Source: Octopus sinensis
Taxonomy: Eukaryota
Direction: 5' to 3'
Length of the DNA: 64,000 bases
Assembly: GCF_006345805.1 (NCBI RefSeq)
Contig: NC_043000.1
Coordinates: 70,928,001 to 70,992,000 of the forward strand
In this document: piece after piece, positions 52,110 to 64,000 of the stretch
Layout of the letters: every line of letters starts with the position of its first letter
How positions within the stretch are numbered: the first letter of the stretch is position 1
Notes under the pieces: model-generated
Told to the model about the DNA's origin: nothing
Databases searched by the model: none
Seen by the model: only the letters and a program-made list of their open reading frames with translations
Program-made: the position numbers and the translations under genes

Positions 52110-55100
52110 AAAAACGCAAAGATAGCCATCACGCACCATGAATACCAAAGTGGGAAAGCAAACAACACCGTACGGGCCTGGTGCGTGATGGCATTTCTCC
52201 ACAACATATAAACTTTCACTCATAGAAACTTATTCACACGACCGCAAAGCATTTCGTCTCAAATCTTGTCTTTCTGTCGCTTAAATCTCTACCCCATCTT
52301 TCCCAGTGCGCGGTGCGCCCGCCCTCCCACCCCTCCACCTGTACCGGAAGTCCTTATCTCATCTTGTCTTCCTTTGCTTTTCTTCCATGAACACCTAAAG
52401 GCCTTAAGCCAATACCACTCCTACTATATAAGGTGGTGACCATACGGCGCAAAACATGATAGTGTGGTGTAGCAGGTTGAACTTAAGACCATTGCTTTGC
52501 TTATGAATTCTGCCAAATGCGAGCTTTCTTTTCAGGTACATGACGCCACTGCTCCCCGTCCCTGGGCCTCTAGGGCCCATACCTTCCACACCCTCAACGT
52601 TGGCACACTGAAAGGTAGGTCTGGCGAGATAGTTGAGATGTGTTGATGTATGTTGCATGCAAGAAATAAGGTGGAGAGGAGGATCTGCTAGGTTCCTCAC
52701 AGGCAAGGAACACAGGTACAAGATTTTCTGGGCAGGGAACACTGACGGGGTTGGTGACGTGGGTATACTTATCGCTGAGAAATGGGTAGATAAAGTAATT
52801 GAGGTAATCAGAGTACGTGACAGAATACTTAAGATTAGAATAGTGCTTCATCATAGATTAGCAACCATTATATCGGCCTATGCCCCTCAGCCAGGGCTAC
52901 CCGATGGACAGAAAGACAGTTTCTATGACACCCTACTGCAGACCACCTCATTGACGAACGACAGGGACCTTCTCTTTGTGGCTGGTGATTTCAATGGGCA
53001 TGTTGGACGACATGCTGGGGGCTTCCATGGCGTACATGGAGGCTATGGTTATGGTTCCCGCAACGAGGAGGGAACCAGGCTGCTGGAGTACTGCGATGCG
53101 AATAGTCTTATGGTTTGCAACACTAACTTCAGGAAACCGACAAGCCACCTGGTCACCTACCGATCGGGCCGGCATACTAGCCAAATCGACTACATCCTTG
53201 CTAGAAAAAGGGAAAGATGGCTGCTTATAAATGCCAAAACCTTCCCAGGCGAAAAATGCACCCCACAACATAGACTGGTAGTTAGTGACTTTAGGATCAG
53301 GACTAAGAGGGCGACTAGAAGACGACCAACATGGAGAAGGGTCTGGAAGCTTAAAGACCCTGCGAATGGACAGAGATTTAGAGACATGTTACTTGAAGCC
53401 TTTGACGAAATGGAAGGGGGTATAGCTACACATGGGGTAGAAGACAACTGGACGCTTCTGAGGGACAACCTGCTGAAAGCCACTGACCAGATCTGTGGCT
53501 GGTGCAAAGTCCCCTTAAGACCCAAAATAACGTCGTGGTGGAACAATATTGTTGACAGGGCTATTAGACAAAAGAAACAGGCTTGGAAGGACTGGAAGAA
53601 CGGTGGTAGCAGGGAAGTGTATCAGACTGCCAGAAGGGAAGCTAGGAGACAGGTCTATCTAGCCAGAGGGGAAGCAGATAAGAAAAAATTTGCCAATGTC
53701 CTGTGCCGTAAGGATGAAAGACTTGAGGTATTTCGTGTTGCAAGACAGTGTGTGAGAGAGAATCGTGACGTGGTAGGAGAGAAATGTGTTCGCAAGGATG
53801 ACGGTTCACTTGCGCTAAATGAGGATGCAAAGTGAGAGGCTTGGAGACGCCACTATGAAAGGTTGCTGAATGAGGAAAATGAATGGGATAAAGAGAGTCT
53901 GCCGAATGTCGACCCAACAGAGGGACCAGCAATCCAAGTTAACAGTTCCTTAGTAGCTAAGGCAATTACAAGCATGAAAACAGGGAAAGCCCCAGGCCCA
54001 TCAGGAATTACTGCAGAGATGCTCAAAATATCTGGTAGTGTCGGCTATAGCTTAGTCACCCGTATAGTTAACCAGGTGATACACGAAGGAGTCATACCCA
54101 ATGACTGGTGTGGCAGCATAATAGTCAACTGCTACAAAGGTAAAGGTGACGCCCTAGATACAAATAACTACAGGGGTATCAAGCTGCTGGATCAGGTAAT
54201 GAAGGTTACGGAGAGGGTTATAGCCCAATTAATTAGAGAGAGAGTTAGCTTAGATGAGATGCAGTTTGGGTTTGTGCCAGGGAAAAGTACCACTGATGCG
54301 ATATTCCTGGTAAGGCAGCTGCAGGAGAAATACCTAGCCAAATATAAGCCTCTGTACCTGGCTTTTGTTGACATGGAGAAAGCCTTTGACAGGGTCCCTG
54401 GATCCCTTATCTGGTGGTCAATGAGGAAACTAGGGATAGATGAATGGTTAGTGAGAGCTGTGCAAGCCATGTACAGAGACGCTGCTAGTAAGGTGAGGGT
54501 TGGCAACGAGTACAGTGAAGAATTCCAGGTAGAGGTTGGGGTCCACCAAGGTTCAGTCCTCAGTCCCCTCCTATTTATCATAGTCCTCCAGGCAATAACG
54601 GAGGAATTCAAGACAGGATGCCCCTGGGAGCTCCTCTATGCTGATGACCTTGCTCTAATTGCTGAGTCACTATCAGAACTGGAGGAGAAGTTTCAGGTGT
54701 GGAAACAAGGATTAGAATCGAAGGGCCTTAGAATCAACCTAGCCAAAACCAAAGTCCTAATAAGTAGGAAGGTGGACCAATCACAAACGACTTCAGGTAG
54801 ATGGCCCTGCTCGATCTGTAAAAAAAAGTGTAGGTAGAAACTCTATAAGGTGCACCAAGTGTAAGCTATGGACACATAAGAGGTGCAGCAATGTCAAAGG
54901 AAGGCTAACTAGGAAAATAGTTTTTGTCTGTGGCAGATACTCAGGAGCAATAAACACTGGAGATGTGCAGAGACCAACTTCTACCACGTTCCAGGGAGAC
55001 AAACTAGAAGTAGTTGATAGCTTCCGCTACCTAGGTGATCAAGTCAGTAGCGGGGGTGGGTGTGCTGAAAGTGTAACTGCTAGAGTAAGAATAGCCTGGG

Positions 55101-56123
55101 CAAAGTTTAGAGAGCTCTTACCCCTGCTGGTGACAAAAGGCCTCTCGCTCAGAGTAAAAGGCAGACTGTATGATGCATGTGTACGTACAGCCATGCTACA
55201 TGGCAGTAAAACATGGGCCGTGACTGCTGAGGATATGCGTAAGCTCGCAAGAAATGAAGCCAGTATGCTCCGATGGATGTGTAATGTCAGTGTTCATAAT
55301 CGACAGAGTGTAAGTACCTTGAGAGAAAAGTTGAACCTAAGAAGCATCAGTTGTGGTGTGCAAGAGAGACGTCTGCGCTGGTATGGTCATGTGACGAGAA
55401 TGGCTGAAGATAGTTGTATGCAAAAGTGCTACACCCTAGCAGTTGAGGGAACCTGTGGAAGAGGTAGATCCAGGAAAACCTGGGACGAGGTGGTGAAGCA
55501 CGACCTTCAAACTTTAGGTCTCACCGAGGAAATGACTAGAGACCGAGACCTATGGAAGTATGCTGTGCATGAGAAGACTAGTGAGGCCATAACCCGTGGC
55601 CCCTACCTGGGACGTAGTCAGTCCACCTGTGCATACCTTCCTTCTTGGGACACTTGTGAAGACCTGATGAGGCAAGTGAAAATCAAATCAAACCAAATCA
55701 AAATAGATGAACATCAATGGAATTTGTATCTTTGTGGTACCAGTGCCGGTGGCACATAAGAAAACCATCCGAACGTGGCCGTAGCCAGTACCGCATCAAC
55801 TGGCCTCCGTGCTGTGGGCACGTAACAAACACCATCTGATCGTGGCCGTTCGCCAGCCTCTTCTGGCACCTGTGTCGGTGGCACATAAAAAACACCATCC
55901 GAGCGTGGCCGTCCGCCAGCCTCGTCTGGCACCTGTGTCGGTGGCACATAAAATCACCCAGTACACTCTCAGAGTGGTTGGCATTAGGAAGGGCATCCAG
56001 CTGTAGAAACACTGCCAGATCTGACTGGCCTGGTGCAGCCTTCGGGCTCCCCAGACCCCAGTTGAACCGTCCAACCCATGCTAGCATGGAAAGCGGACGT
56101 TAAACGATGATGATGATGATGAT
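52110..56123 (+). mobile_element. Near full-length RTE LINE (APE endonuclease and RT), disrupted
   Basis: TLNVGTL...CMQEIRW...AGDFNGHVG...SQIDYIL...QHRLVVSD; FVDMEKAFDRV...GVHQGSVLSPLLF...LLYADDL. Lesions: small deletion near 52638, TGA at 53833-53835, frameshift at the A-run near 54820. 5' boundary uncertain. Confidence 0.95.
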
Positions 56124-56162
56124 ATTTATATATACATATTATTATATGTATATATGTATATA

Positions 56163-56252
<90 letters not shown>

Positions 56253-56264
56253 ATATATATATAC

Positions 56265-56336
<72 letters not shown>

Positions 56337-56341
56337 CTATA

Positions 56342-56377
<36 letters not shown>

Positions 56378-56688
56378 CATATATATATATGTAAACCCAT
56401 GCTAGCATGGAAAGCGTCCGTTAAACGATGATGATGTATATATATATGTGTATATATATATATTATATATATATAATTATGTATGTATATATATATATGT
56501 ATATATATATAATAAGAGTAAATATCTTTAATGGTTTTTAAAAAAACCAACAATTATTTACTGGTAGATTTCGGCATGTAAATATAACCATTAACGGTAG
56601 GAACTTCTATAAGGTTCAGTATATATATATATGGTATATAAATAAAAGAGGCAGCAACCTGTTGGCTGCCTCTTTTATTTGTATATAT

Positions 56689-56721
<33 letters not shown>

Positions 56722-57229
56722 ATGTATATATATACACACACACACACACACCCACACATACATATACACACGTACATAGACATACACACAGGAACGTATG
56801 TATACACCTACACAAGCCCCACACACAACCCTTCATGCATATACATATAGACGCACATACACACACACATTAATTTCTTTTAAACAATTTTTTCCGAAAC
56901 CAAGCTTAGGGCCATTGCAGTGTGAGTGTCTTCAAAGAAAGAAAAGAAGGGGTCTCAGTCCAGAGGAAAAGAGATTGATGGTAGTGAGTTCTAGAGAACA
57001 ACAATTGGAGGAAAGAAGTCATGAGAATAAAAGGACTTCATGACTAACAGGAAGCTCAACAAAGAAATAATGCTGCAAGGAAGAGATATGGGTAATACAT
57101 TTAAAGGTCTTGACAGGAAGTTCATCAGAGCCAATGACTATGAAAATACTCATAGAAAAGACGCAACAAAAATATATTTTGATAATGAGCCCAAAACTTC
57201 AACCTAGGTGAAAGAAGAGGACTCACCAT

Positions 57230-57700
57230 GTTATCAGAAAAAGACTGTAAGAGTTAAGTGTCTGACTAAAACCACATTAATAATAGAATCAAAGACTTCA
57301 CTAATCACAGGAAGAAGTCTTATAGGATGATAATTGTGTGCACCTGACTTTTCCTCACTATTCTTAAATACAGTAACAAAGATTTCCAACAAAACAGAAA
57401 GCAAGACTCAGATAGAAGTTTGTTGAACAAATTCAAAAGAGTGATTAGTTTGAGACTACATCACTACAAAACAACGACTGTATACCATCAGAACCACTAG
57501 CCTTCGATGGATCCAGTTTCAAAATTACAGCTGGAACCATTTCAGCTGTAATATGCAAGGAGGTAAGGTTGTTACAAATCTTTGCATCAAACTTGGGCAG
57601 TGGATGATCTGTGTCATCTTAAATAGAATTATTAGTGAACAACTAAGCCAACGGCTTAGCCTTATCATTTGAAGTTGTAAGAAGTGGCACATGAAAAGGC
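57230..57700 (-). mobile_element. Decayed CR1/L2-type LINE RT fragment
   Basis: LKLDPSKASGSDG...LFNKLLSESCF...KSG.HNYHPIRLLPVISEVFDSIIN. Confidence 0.65.
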
Positions 57701-58510
57701 GGAGGAACAGGCAACTGCCCTTGTTGTAGATTCTCTAAAATTTTTGAGAGAGGTAAGATGGTTGTGGATGTATTGGATGTACTAGGACTTTGCAGTCTCT
57801 ATGACCCACTTGCACTTGTTGAAAGCAGTGCAAAAATCCTGCTTACTCTCATTTGTCTTCTGCTGATATGTGTGAAAGAAGTGTTTTTTTTTGGGTAAGA
57901 GCTGTTAAACATGCAGGAGAGAATGTCAGTTTGGATCCACAAAGCAAGACTCAGGCACACACTCTTCACCATTAAGTTCAAACACTTCATTCCATGGGGA
58001 ATCTCAAACGAAGTTTCTGAAGCATCCCAGTCACTCCTGAATAGTGTTCTATAAAAAGAGATTCCTGAACTGATTTTATGCTAAGAATAATATCCAACAA
58101 TACATACAATGCAAAAATATTTAACCATATATAAAATTGATAAAAATTGTACACTAATACAAAACTAACAGAATGTCAAGCTTGTGAGGGAGTATCTATA
58201 TGGCTGCTTGACCTGCTAGAAATAGATGCTAAATAACCCTATCATTTTATAAAAGGAGAACGCATTGGAGCATGTATTTTTAGGCAAACTGTCTAAAAAG
58301 AGATGGTATCATTGATTACATATTAGTTGGGGATAAACATTCTCATAGTGAAATGCTAGGTCAATGGATACTTATTCTATATCCTCAGATCAGACAAGTT
58401 TGTAAAAGTGATGGTTACTAAGTATGTTTATGAGAAGTCCTTTAATTTTGTTTTACACAATTTACTACGCTTATTGTATAAACACAAAAATCATGACATT
58501 TATATTAGTA

Positions 58511-59550
58511 CTAGCATTAAAGACCCGTTGTTGCCGGGTCATAGTGCTAGTGCATGTATATATGTGTATATATATGTGTACATATTACATGTACATCTAT
58601 ATATATACATCTACACATAAAATGCAAAATACAAAGTTTATCTTGACATCGCTGGTGATAACAATACTCAAAATATATAACAGACTGGAATTGTTAGCCT
58701 GTCTCTTGTAATTTCGATCAATTGTATCTTGTCCTCCCTTTTGTATAGAAGTGTGGCTACAATACAGCCTACCTCTACTTCCGGGATGGGGGGGCGGGCA
58801 TTTAAAACTTTTTTCCAGGACGTCCTACGTCCCAGATATAAAGGTAAAAATAAAATATTTCCACTTTGCAAGTTCGAGTCGAGTACTCCCTTGTATGCTC
58901 CGTTGACTCGAACCTTGCTTCTATTGTGGCGAATTTACAGCCTCTGATTAGATATCTTTCATAGTCGCACCAAGACACTTTTTGAAGGTGTTTTCCTCCA
59001 TGTGTTCAAATCTTGTTTTTTCTCTCACATTGTATACTTTAAAGACAATAGTCTTTTCTTTAATTTAATTTTTTATTACCCATCTGGACTATTCCATTTC
59101 TACATGCTAATTTTATTTTTAATTTATTCCCATTCATGTGAAACCACTTATTCAAGTTCAAATCATTGATGCAATTTTATACCAATTGCTATTTTTACTT
59201 TTGTTATGTTACAATTATATTATACTTTAGTTTGATTTTAATTATTACTTACTACATATAATTCAATTGTTATTATTATTTTTATTGTTAAAGTGAAAGC
59301 ATCTGACATAAAATAGAGAAATATTTTTGGTTTAACTTTTAACACGTGAAATAGTGGAGAAGATATGATATTGCTATGGGCTCGCTCTAGGCAAGAAGTT
59401 GAACATTTTTCTTTTTGCCCATGAAACTACATGGACCCTAAGTAAGGCATGTGTAAAATTTGAATGAAATTGGTTGTGTAGTTCTCAAGTTTTAGGGAAA
59501 CACACAGACAGACAGACAGACACACATTCTCAGTTTTATATATATAAAGA
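58511..59550 (-). mobile_element. Non-autonomous Helitron, about 1040 bp
   Basis: 5' A|TCTTTATATATATAAAACTGAG then (GTCT)n at 59550; 3' hairpin GACCCG-N7-CGGGTC (58522-58540) and CTAG|T at 58514-58511. Joining both ends into one element is inference. Confidence 0.62.
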
Positions 59551-59665
59551 TGTCAGTATTATTTACCATTTTGGTTCCAAGTTTCTTCCCATGCTCCAAA
59601 TCCCTCTGATGTGATTCTATGGAATGGTAATGATACAGTGGAAAGGGAATAGAAACAAACCTTAC

Positions 59666-59708
59666 ATATTGTTGAATTGGTATCCATTTCATATGTATCC
59701 TGTTTTAA
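59666..59708 (-). CDS. Candidate 43-nt exon of the unidentified gene
   Basis: tttgtttttcag|LKQDTYEMDTNSTI+T|gtaagg; strong splice sites; ends phase 1, compatible with 46819 (across the gap). Confidence 0.35.
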
Positions 59709-59965
59709 CTGAAAAACAAATAATTGACGAATTAAAGATATTTTAAGAAATTTTGTTAACTATTTCATTAAAGTGAGGCTCTATGTAGTCTCTCCACATG
59801 TTACAAATAAGCACCAAATTTTCAAGTAGCACCCTGCTAACTTAGGAAGGACAAGTTAGTCCTAGACATACTTTGTCTGAAACAGGATAGGCATGGGTGT
59901 AAAGAATTTGATCCTCGATCTGATCAATCAAAGCTAAACAACAACATGCAAAAATTAACTCAAAC

Positions 59966-60027
59966 CTTCCCAGAAGCAAATATTTTTAATTTGCAGCATC
60001 CTGTCCAGCAGAGATGTTGGACAACCT
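59966..60027 (-). CDS. Candidate 62-nt exon of the unidentified gene
   Basis: aaattcag|...|gtttga; two open frames: GCPTSLLDRMLQIKNICFWE or VVQHLCWTGCCKLKIFASGK. Confidence 0.4.
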
Positions 60028-61139
60028 CTGAATTTGAAGACAGAAATAAGCTTAAACATAGATAACACCAACTGATAAAATAGAGATTTTTAAAATTTGC
60101 CATTTTAAATAAAATATTAACACAAACTTTCTGTTATGGTCTTCAGTAAAGTTCTAATTTTAGCAAAAGGAGAACACATTGTAGAATGTATTTCTAGACA
60201 TACTGTCTAAAAAGAGATGGTCATGGCTGGAATGCCTTTGATCATATGTCTATAACAAAGCAGACCTGGACCAAACAACAAGTAACAAGATGATTATAAA
60301 TTTTGATAATGTAGTGGCTGTTATATACTATGTGTTATTAACTATCAGTTGATTAAGTGGCAGAATTCTGGTTTAATAACTTCATATAACCCCTCATAAC
60401 TTTTTTAAAAAACTTTTTGGGTGATGAAATACATGGCTCTGCTCTGATATAATTACAGTAGCAGGGTCTCCTTGTTTAGGTGAGGGATAAGGAAAGAAGG
60501 AGTGGAGAAGACTTAACAGGAACAAGTCATGTAAAGGACACAGTTGTGTCTATACACATTATGCTTCTCTTAAAATAATTATACTTTGTGATTCATGCAC
60601 AGACATTGCACATCCACTCACGCATACTAATTTAATTTCTTTCTAGTTTTGCAGGCTCTCTGCATTCAGAGTGTACATTTCATGACAACATTGCAGTTCT
60701 AACACAAACGTCATTCAGTCAGCCTATCACTCTGAGAAACTTTTTGTTACCAACAGAGATAGTAACTTTCTATTAGCTACAATACTTTCAGAATATTCTC
60801 CTGTACTGCTAATTTGGTACTAGAATAAGTACTGCTTCTGGCCATTTGAGAAGATCTATTTCCTATGTAGTTTAACTATTTATTGCCTTGGTGCATCTGC
60901 CATATACAAAGGCTACCTTCTCTGTTAACAAACCTGTGATACCACTACACCTTCTGTGAGTTCAAAGTTTGCAGTGAGTACACAGTATGGAATTTCTACC
61001 TGTAACAAAACACTCAGGAATCGAGATGTAAGTCTTAACATATACAAACGTTAATGAGGACGGGTTGCCTCTCCTGAACCAGAGGATAAAACAACCCTTA
61101 TAGACCCAAAAAGCTTAACCAGCAAATGGGGAGATCTAA

Positions 61140-61580
61140 TTTTCCAGTAGGTAGTGCTTGAAGTGGACACATTTATGAAAAACTTCCTTACAACGCGCCA
61201 GGTTGAGTATAGTCCATAAGAATTTTGGCTCTCTCTGCGATGCAGATTTGGCAACAGTCATTCCCATTAATATATGGGCCTGGATGATCTATTATTTTCC
61301 AGCTGATATCACATGGGGTCCCTTGATCTTTGAGGTGCCACACATACCGATCCAGGAAGGTGGCAAACCGTCTTTCTGGGACTATAAAGGATGACTGGTG
61401 GTTGCAGAAGCGACGTTTGAAAGATGTACTGGCTGATCTGATATATTTACAAACTTGGGATGTGGCAACATTCGCACTCCTGGTATATCTCTGATAGGCT
61501 CTAAGCCTGGGGATGCTGTTGGAAATACCGTTGCTGATGAGGTCGATATGGCGCAATGATTTGGCCATGTTATCCCCATG
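61140..61580 (-). mobile_element. Penelope-like GIY-YIG endonuclease fragment (second family)
   Basis: SFKRRFCNHQSSF...YVWHLKDQGTPCDISWKII..PGPYINGNDCCQICIAE...HKCVHFKHYLLEN*. Confidence 0.78.
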
Positions 61581-62397
61581 TTATCACTAAATTATGCAAA
61601 AATGAAAATAACACTGACATCTCATTTTTACGGATATATTTACCAAAATTACATAAAAATATCTTGAAATACTAAAGAGTAAATTTATTCAATAAAATTG
61701 CCACTGGCTTCAACCACAGCCTCCAGACGACTTTGGAATCGCCTGCAGCTCTTCTGGATGGTCTATTTGTTTAAGTTGGTGAATGCTGCCATAATTGTTG
61801 CCTTCAGTTCATCTTTGGTGTTACAAGGAGTTTTGTTGGTCTCTCACTCAACTGTGCCCCACACATAATAATCAAGAGGGTTGCAGTGTGGAGAGTTAGG
61901 GGTGATATGGTTGCAGAAATTGTCTATGACTGGGTTCTCCTGCTTGTGTGGAATGGTGCAGAGTCCTGTTCCAGACATAGGGTATTCCAGCAGCCACCCT
62001 CTTGACCCAGGGCAGCACTAGCCCCTCCAGGCACTTGTTGAGTCTGAGGCTGTGTGGGAAGATGAATGGAGATATAATGTCACCATCACTAGTGATTACT
62101 CTAAACACCAAGAAGTTGACTGGATGTTTGATTTTTAGCACTCTCAGTACATGTCCTCAGATTGACACCCAAACACTCTGAAATGTTTGTATTGGAGCTT
62201 CCAATGGGAATACCAATCATTACAGCATGTTGTTTCCAAATTTCTGGCAGGGTGAATTGCATCGTGGTGCTGTTTTTCTCACAGACCATGCCCAACTGAC
62301 CCTACTACACTGTGTAGCTGACAAAATCAAAAACAAACACTGCGCATGTGTGAAATTAATAATATGGAATGGCAGCAATTCACCCATTGCACCCTGT
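61580..62397 (-). mobile_element. Tc1/mariner remnant of maT (DD37D-like) type
   Basis: LPWVKRVAAG..SAPFHTSRR...PNSPHCNPLDYYVWG...NTKDELKATIMAAF...RLEAVVEA; right TIR CACCCTGTA. Confidence 0.75.
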
Positions 62398-62440
62398 ATA
62401 TATATGTATGTGTGTGCATGTGTATATATATACATATATA

Positions 62441-63296
62441 TCATTATCATCGTTTTCCGCGCTAGCACGAGTTGGACGGTTCGACGGGGTCTGGGGAGTC
62501 AGGGGCTGCTCCAGGCTCCAGTCTGATCTGGCAGTGTTTCTACAGCTGGATGCCCTTCCTAACGCCAACCACTCCGCGAGTGTAGTGGGTGCTTTTTACG
62601 TGCCACCTGCACAGGTGCCAGAAGTGTCTGGCACCGGCCACGATCGGTTGGTGCTTTTTATGTGCCACCGGCACAGAAGCCAGTCGTGGCGGTGCTATCA
62701 TCAGCTACGTTCGGAGGGTGCTTTTTATGTGCCACCGACGCATAAAATATATATATATATATATATTAAATATATGAAATTGAAATCAAAATCGAAATCA
62801 AATTCGATAACTGGTGGACCGCTAAGAGTACCATACGAGTGTGATCGTTGCCAGAGCAACAAGCTGGCCTCCGTGCTGGGAGCGCTAAGAGTACCATATG
62901 AGTGTGATCGTTGCCAGAGCAACAAGTTGGCCTCCGTGCCGGTGGCACGTAAAAAACATCATTCGAGCATGACTGTTACCTTTGTCACCTTACTGGCACT
63001 TGTGCTGGTGGCATGTGAAAAAACATTCGAGCGAGGTTGTTGCCAGTGCCACTGGACTGGCTCCTGTGCAGGTGGCACATAAAAAATACCATTTGAGAGT
63101 GGCTGTTGCCAGTACCGTCTGGCAACAGCATGTAAAAGCACCCACTACACTCTCGGAGTGGTTGGCGTTAGGAAGGGCATCCAGCTGTATAAACTCTGCC
63201 AGATCAGACTGGAGTCTGGTGCAGCCATCTGGTCTGCCAGACCTCAGTCAAATCGTTCAACCCATGCTAGCATGGAAATTGGACGTTAAACGATGA

Positions 63297-63300
<4 letters not shown>
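62441..63300. mobile_element. Two RTE 3'-tail copies head-to-head (62441-62737 on -, 62775-63300 on +)
   Basis: (CAT) start at the left, (GAT) end at the right; shared 200-300 bp core. Confidence 0.85.
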
Positions 63301-63346
<46 letters not shown>

Positions 63347-63397
63347 ACAAAACTAGATATTTTCTGTGCATAACATATGTGTATGTGTGTGTGTGTG

Positions 63398-64000
63398 TGT
63401 GTGTGTGTTTGTCTCCCTCTACCACTTGATAACTGGTGTTGGTGTATTTACATCCCTGTAACTTAGCAGTTTGGCAAAAGAAACCGACAGAATAAGTACT
63501 AGGCTTAGCAAAACCAATAATATAATGCACAATTAAGATGTTTTCATGGTGAAATTAATAAATACAGTATCAACACTTTTTTCACAAATTAGAAAGAACA
63601 AAAGAATTTAGCAATCCAACATAAAACTAATAGGAATATTATAAATTTTGAGTGCATAAAGGCTACAAAAAAATTGTGTATCTAAATCAGTATAATCATT
63701 CTGAGGTAAATATATTTTGTTTGAGAATCAAAATAGAATACGTAAATTATTAGCTGTTTCTTTCCAAACTTCAAATCAAACATAATTTTTTTTCTTTTTT
63801 TATACTTGTTTCAGTCATTTGACTGTGGTCATGCTGGAGCACCGCCTTTAGTTGCACAAACCCTAGGATTTATATTCTCTGTAAGCCTAGTACTTATTCT
63901 ATCGTACTTTTTGGCTGAACTGCTAAGTTACAGGGATGTAAACACAGCAACATTGGTTGTCAAGCAATGGTGAAGGGCCAAACACAGACACATAGATACA
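63398..64000. mobile_element. Two SINE 3'-half copies in opposite orientation (63398-63520 on +, 63795-64000 on -)
   Basis: GTAACTTAGCAGTT...AGAATAAGTACTAGGCTTA and its reverse complement. Confidence 0.72.

Noticed and set aside
51906-52223. ORFs containing X runs
   Set aside because: They span the N gap.
56540-56600. Possible hammerhead (CCGAAA on -)
   Set aside because: No CUGANGA core and no convincing stem II.

Overview
AT-rich, repeat-saturated animal genomic DNA, most likely Octopus (inferred from the RTE LINE, SINE and TA-microsatellite content), with a 100-N scaffold gap at 51990-52089. Two host genes converge tail-to-tail. NAMPT on + has 8 coding exons (23510-42794, about 453 aa); its first coding exon is not in the window. 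An unidentified gene on - has two clear terminal exons (46638-46819, 43791-43916) and two candidate upstream exons near 59.7-60.0 kb. The rest is (TA)n/(TATG)n tracts, RTE LINEs (one near full length) with many 3'-tail copies carrying variable tandem arrays, Penelope-like remnants, Helitrons, Tc1/mariner/maT, Chapaev3-like and MITE elements, and SINEs. Most notable: type I hammerhead ribozyme motifs in Penelope-type repeats (two in a 320-bp inverted pair), a perfect 83-bp inverted templated insertion in a NAMPT intron downstream of a codon that A-to-I editing could restore to Gly, a foldback-like repeat cluster at 15-19 kb, and a duplicated poly(A) module between the convergent genes. Most long ORFs in the track are microsatellite or antisense artefacts. 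All alignments were done by eye; no database search was run.
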